Shown here one piece after another: positions 7,956 through 10,184 of a DNA stretch of 10,184 nt (position 1 is its first letter; each line of letters starts with the position of its first letter). The translations under genes were made by a program, and so were the position numbers. Source of the DNA: Elusimicrobiota bacterium (GTDB lineage: Bacteria; CG03; SLGR01; JBDRKX01); assembly GCA_043813605.1 (NCBI GenBank), contig JBDRKX010000099.1:1-10184 (forward strand), read 5' to 3'. The notes below the pieces were generated by a model. The model saw only the letters and a list, made by a program, of their open reading frames with translations, ran no database searches and was not told where the DNA came from.

Positions 7956-10039
7956 AAAATTACGTTGCGGACAAAAAAATAAGAATGGAACTCGATAAAA
8001 TAAGAAATATCGGTATTATTGCTCATATTGATGCCGGAAAAACAACTGTCACCGAGCGTATATTATATTATACAGGAAAGACATATAAGATCGGAGAGGT
8101 TCATGAAGGCACGGCTGTAATGGATTGGATGAAACAGGAACAGGAAAGAGGGATAACGATCACATCGGCGGCAACGACATGTAACTGGGGAAAAAATACG
8201 ATCAATATAATCGATACGCCCGGCCATGTCGATTTTACTATTGAAGTAGAAAGATCGCTCAGGGTGCTTGATGGCTGTGTGGTTGTTTTTTGCGGGGTCG
8301 GCGGTGTACAGCCTCAATCTGAAACCGTATGGAGACAGGCCAACAGATATCATGTTCCGAGAATAACATTTGTTAACAAAATGGACAGAAAAGGCGCAGA
8401 TTTCATGAAGGTTGTAGGCGAAATAAAGGACAGGTTGAAAGCAAAACACGCTTGTCCGATTCAGCTTCCGATAGGGCATGAAGAAGATTTTAAGGGAATA
8501 GTAGACCTTGTTGAAATGAATGCTAAGATATATGTCGATGAAAAGGGAGATAAGATAGAGGTAACGCCGGTTCCCCGCGAGTTGCTTCCTGAAGCTGTGA
8601 AAATGAGGGGAAAACTTATTGAACAGATCGCTGAACTGGATGATGAAGTACTCCACCTTTACCTGGAAGAAAAATCAATACCTGTAGAAGTAATGAAACG
8701 TGCTATAAAAGAAGCTACATCATCATACAAGTTTATACCGGTATTGTGCGGGTCGGCGCTAAAAAATAAAGGGGTACAGTTGGTTCTTGACGCAATAGTA
8801 AATTATTTGCCTTCTCCAATGGATGTCCCGGCTGTAAGCGGTATTAATCCCAAAACACATGAAGAAGAGAAGAGAAAAGCTGATACGGAAGAGCCGTTTT
8901 CGGCGCTGGTATTTAAAATCATGACCGATTCTTATGTAGGAAGGCTTACGTATATAAGGGTGTATTCCGGCAGTATTAAAAAAGGCAGTAACATATTTAA
9001 TTTAAACAAGAATTCTAAGGAGAGGGTATCCAGAATACTGGAGATGCATGCAAATTCAAGGACAGAGAAGGAAGAAATTGGTGCAGGAGAAATAGCGGCA
9101 GTCGTAGGTCTGAAAGAGACTTCTACCGGTGATACTCTCTGTGATAGAAATCACCCGATTCTGCTTGAATCCATACATTTCCCTGTTCCTGTGGTGTCTG
9201 TGGCGATCGAAGCTGCAAACAAAGCGGCTGAGGAAAAACTTGATAATGCTCTCAGCAAGCTTGTTTGTGAGGATCCCACGCTTAAGATGAGTATTGACCA
9301 GGAAAGCGGGCAGATCATTATTATGGGAATGGGAGAACTGCATCTTGAGGTAATTGTCAGAAGACTGAAGGACGAGTACGGTGTTGATTGCCGCGTTTCC
9401 GAGCCTGTTGTCACATATAGAGAGACTATTACGAAAAAAGTTAAAGTGGAAGAGCGGTTTATAAAACAGACGGGCGGCCGGGGTCAGTACGGGCATGTTT
9501 TTATGGAATTTGAGCCTCTTGAACTGGGGCAGGGAATAGAGTTTATTAATTCGGTGAGGGAGGGTAATATACCGAAGGATTTTATCCCTTCGATAGAACA
9601 GGGGTTCAAAGAAGCTCTTACCACCGGAGTCCTCGGGGGATTCGAAGTGATGGATGTCCGGGCTATTCTTAAGGATGGTTCTTTTCATGAGGTGGATTCA
9701 TCAAAGCTGGCATTCAGGATAGCCGCAAGCCGAGCTACAAAAAAAGCACTGAATGATGCTGCCTCTGTTTTTCTTGAACCGATAATGAAACTGGATATAT
9801 CTGTACAGGATGAATATCTGGGGGTTGTGCTGGAAGATCTGAATTCCAGAAGAGGAAACGTGAATGAACTTATAAGCGTCGATGAGGGGAAAATAATAAC
9901 AGCTAACGCACCCCTCGCAGAGATGTTCGGGTATGCTACTGCATTAAGGTCCCTTACACAGGGCCGTGCAACGTATTCGATGGAACCTTCTCATTTTCAA
10001 AGGATACCGAAACAGATTTCAGAAAAGATGCTTTCGTAG
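7952..10039 (+). CDS. fusA: Translation elongation factor G (start uncertain: GTG 7949, GTG 7952 or ATG 7985)
   Basis: G1 [10 protein letters not shown]2 [10 protein letters not shown]3 DTPGHVDF, G4 NKMD, G5 [34 protein letters not shown] and [17 protein letters not shown]. Lies in str operon position; stop TAG at 10037-10039. Confidence 0.98.
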   Translation: MKNYVADKKIRMELDKIRNIGIIAHIDAGKTTVTERILYYTGKTYKIGEVHEGTAVMDWMKQEQERGITITSAATTCNWGKNTINIIDTPGHVDFTIEVERSLRVLDGCVVVFCGVGGVQPQSETVWRQANRYHVPRITFVNKMDRKGADFMKVVGEIKDRLKAKHACPIQLPIGHEEDFKGIVDLVEMNAKIYVDEKGDKIEVTPVPRELLPEAVKMRGKLIEQIAELDDEVLHLYLEEKSIPVEVMKRAIKEATSSYKFIPVLCGSALKNKGVQLVLDAIVNYLPSPMDVPAVSGINPKTHEEEKRKADTEEPFSALVFKIMTDSYVGRLTYIRVYSGSIKKGSNIFNLNKNSKERVSRILEMHANSRTEKEEIGAGEIAAVVGLKETSTGDTLCDRNHPILLESIHFPVPVVSVAIEAANKAAEEKLDNALSKLVCEDPTLKMSIDQESGQIIIMGMGELHLEVIVRRLKDEYGVDCRVSEPVVTYRETITKKVKVEERFIKQTGGRGQYGHVFMEFEPLELGQGIEFINSVREGNIPKDFIPSIEQGFKEALTTGVLGGFEVMDVRAILKDGSFHEVDSSKLAFRIAASRATKKALNDAASVFLEPIMKLDISVQDEYLGVVLEDLNSRRGNVNELISVDEGKIITANAPLAEMFGYATALRSLTQGRATYSMEPSHFQRIPKQISEKMLS

Positions 10040-10043
10040 AGAT

Positions 10044-10098
10044 AAAGGAAAATTTCTAAGGAGGAAAAATTAGATGGCAAAGGAAAAATTTCATAGGA
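10044..10098 (+). repeat. Imperfect direct repeat spanning the fusA-tuf spacer and tuf 5' end
   Basis: AAAGGAAAATTTCTAAGGA (10044-10062) versus AAAGGAAAAATTTCATAGGA (10079-10098), with a third partial copy GGAAAAATT at 10063-10071. Confidence 0.45.
10057..10064 (+). promoter_or_regulatory. Strong Shine-Dalgarno (TAAGGAGG) for tuf
   Basis: Full consensus TAAGGAGG with a 9-nt spacer before ATG 10074. Confidence 0.9.
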
Positions 10099-10184
10099 CA
10101 AAGCCGCATGTAAATGTTGGAACGATAGGACATGTAGATCATGGAAAGACAACATTGACGGCGGCTATACTTAAATACCTCAGT
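10074..10184 (+). CDS. tuf: Translation elongation factor Tu (3'-truncated by window edge; absent from ORF track)
   Basis: Manual translation gives [37 protein letters not shown], the EF-Tu N-terminus with P-loop GHVDHGKT. It has a strong SD and follows fusA. Confidence 0.98.
   Translation, partial: MAKEKFHRTKPHVNVGTIGHVDHGKTTLTAAILKYLS

Noticed and set aside
305..9688. Minus-strand ORFs of 62-210 aa, including 8063-8656 and 9056-9688
   Set aside because: All lie antisense to highly conserved genes. Their F/S/L/I-rich composition is what mirrors a purine-rich sense strand, and they have no recognisable motifs.
7952..10039. A divergent EF-G2 paralog or fusidic-acid-resistant EF-G ([21 protein letters not shown] variants)
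   Set aside because: G1-G5, GHVDF, EDPT and GELHL are intact and the gene is in the str operon. The scattered changes fit general divergence.
10040..10073. Terminator or small RNA in the fusA-tuf spacer
   Set aside because: It is only 34 nt, with no GC-rich stem or U tract, and is largely occupied by the tuf ribosome-binding site.
10170..10172. EF-Tu TAAIL in place of the usual TAAIT
   Set aside because: It is a single substitution outside the P-loop in a truncated gene, too little to interpret.

Overview
This window is a core housekeeping locus, all on the + strand: the 3' three quarters or so of rpoB (open from the window edge), rpoC, rpsL, rpsG, fusA and the first 37 codons of tuf. It is nearly all coding, with only 3 nt between rpoC and rpsL, 34 nt between fusA and tuf, and overlapping rpoB/rpoC and rpsL/rpsG junctions. 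TGA is used as stop (code 11) and GC is about 40-43% by eye. I see no mobile element, CRISPR array, RNA gene, intein, intron or new gene, and no previously undescribed system. What stands out is a divergent RNA polymerase. It has substitutions in the rifampicin pocket (Q510E, D516A, I572R in E. coli numbering) and at fidaxomicin contact positions, a rewritten beta gate loop, a basic flap tip, and lineage-specific insertions. From memory these signatures suggest Elusimicrobiota, which needs a database check. All comparisons with reference proteins are from recalled sequences, not computed alignments.
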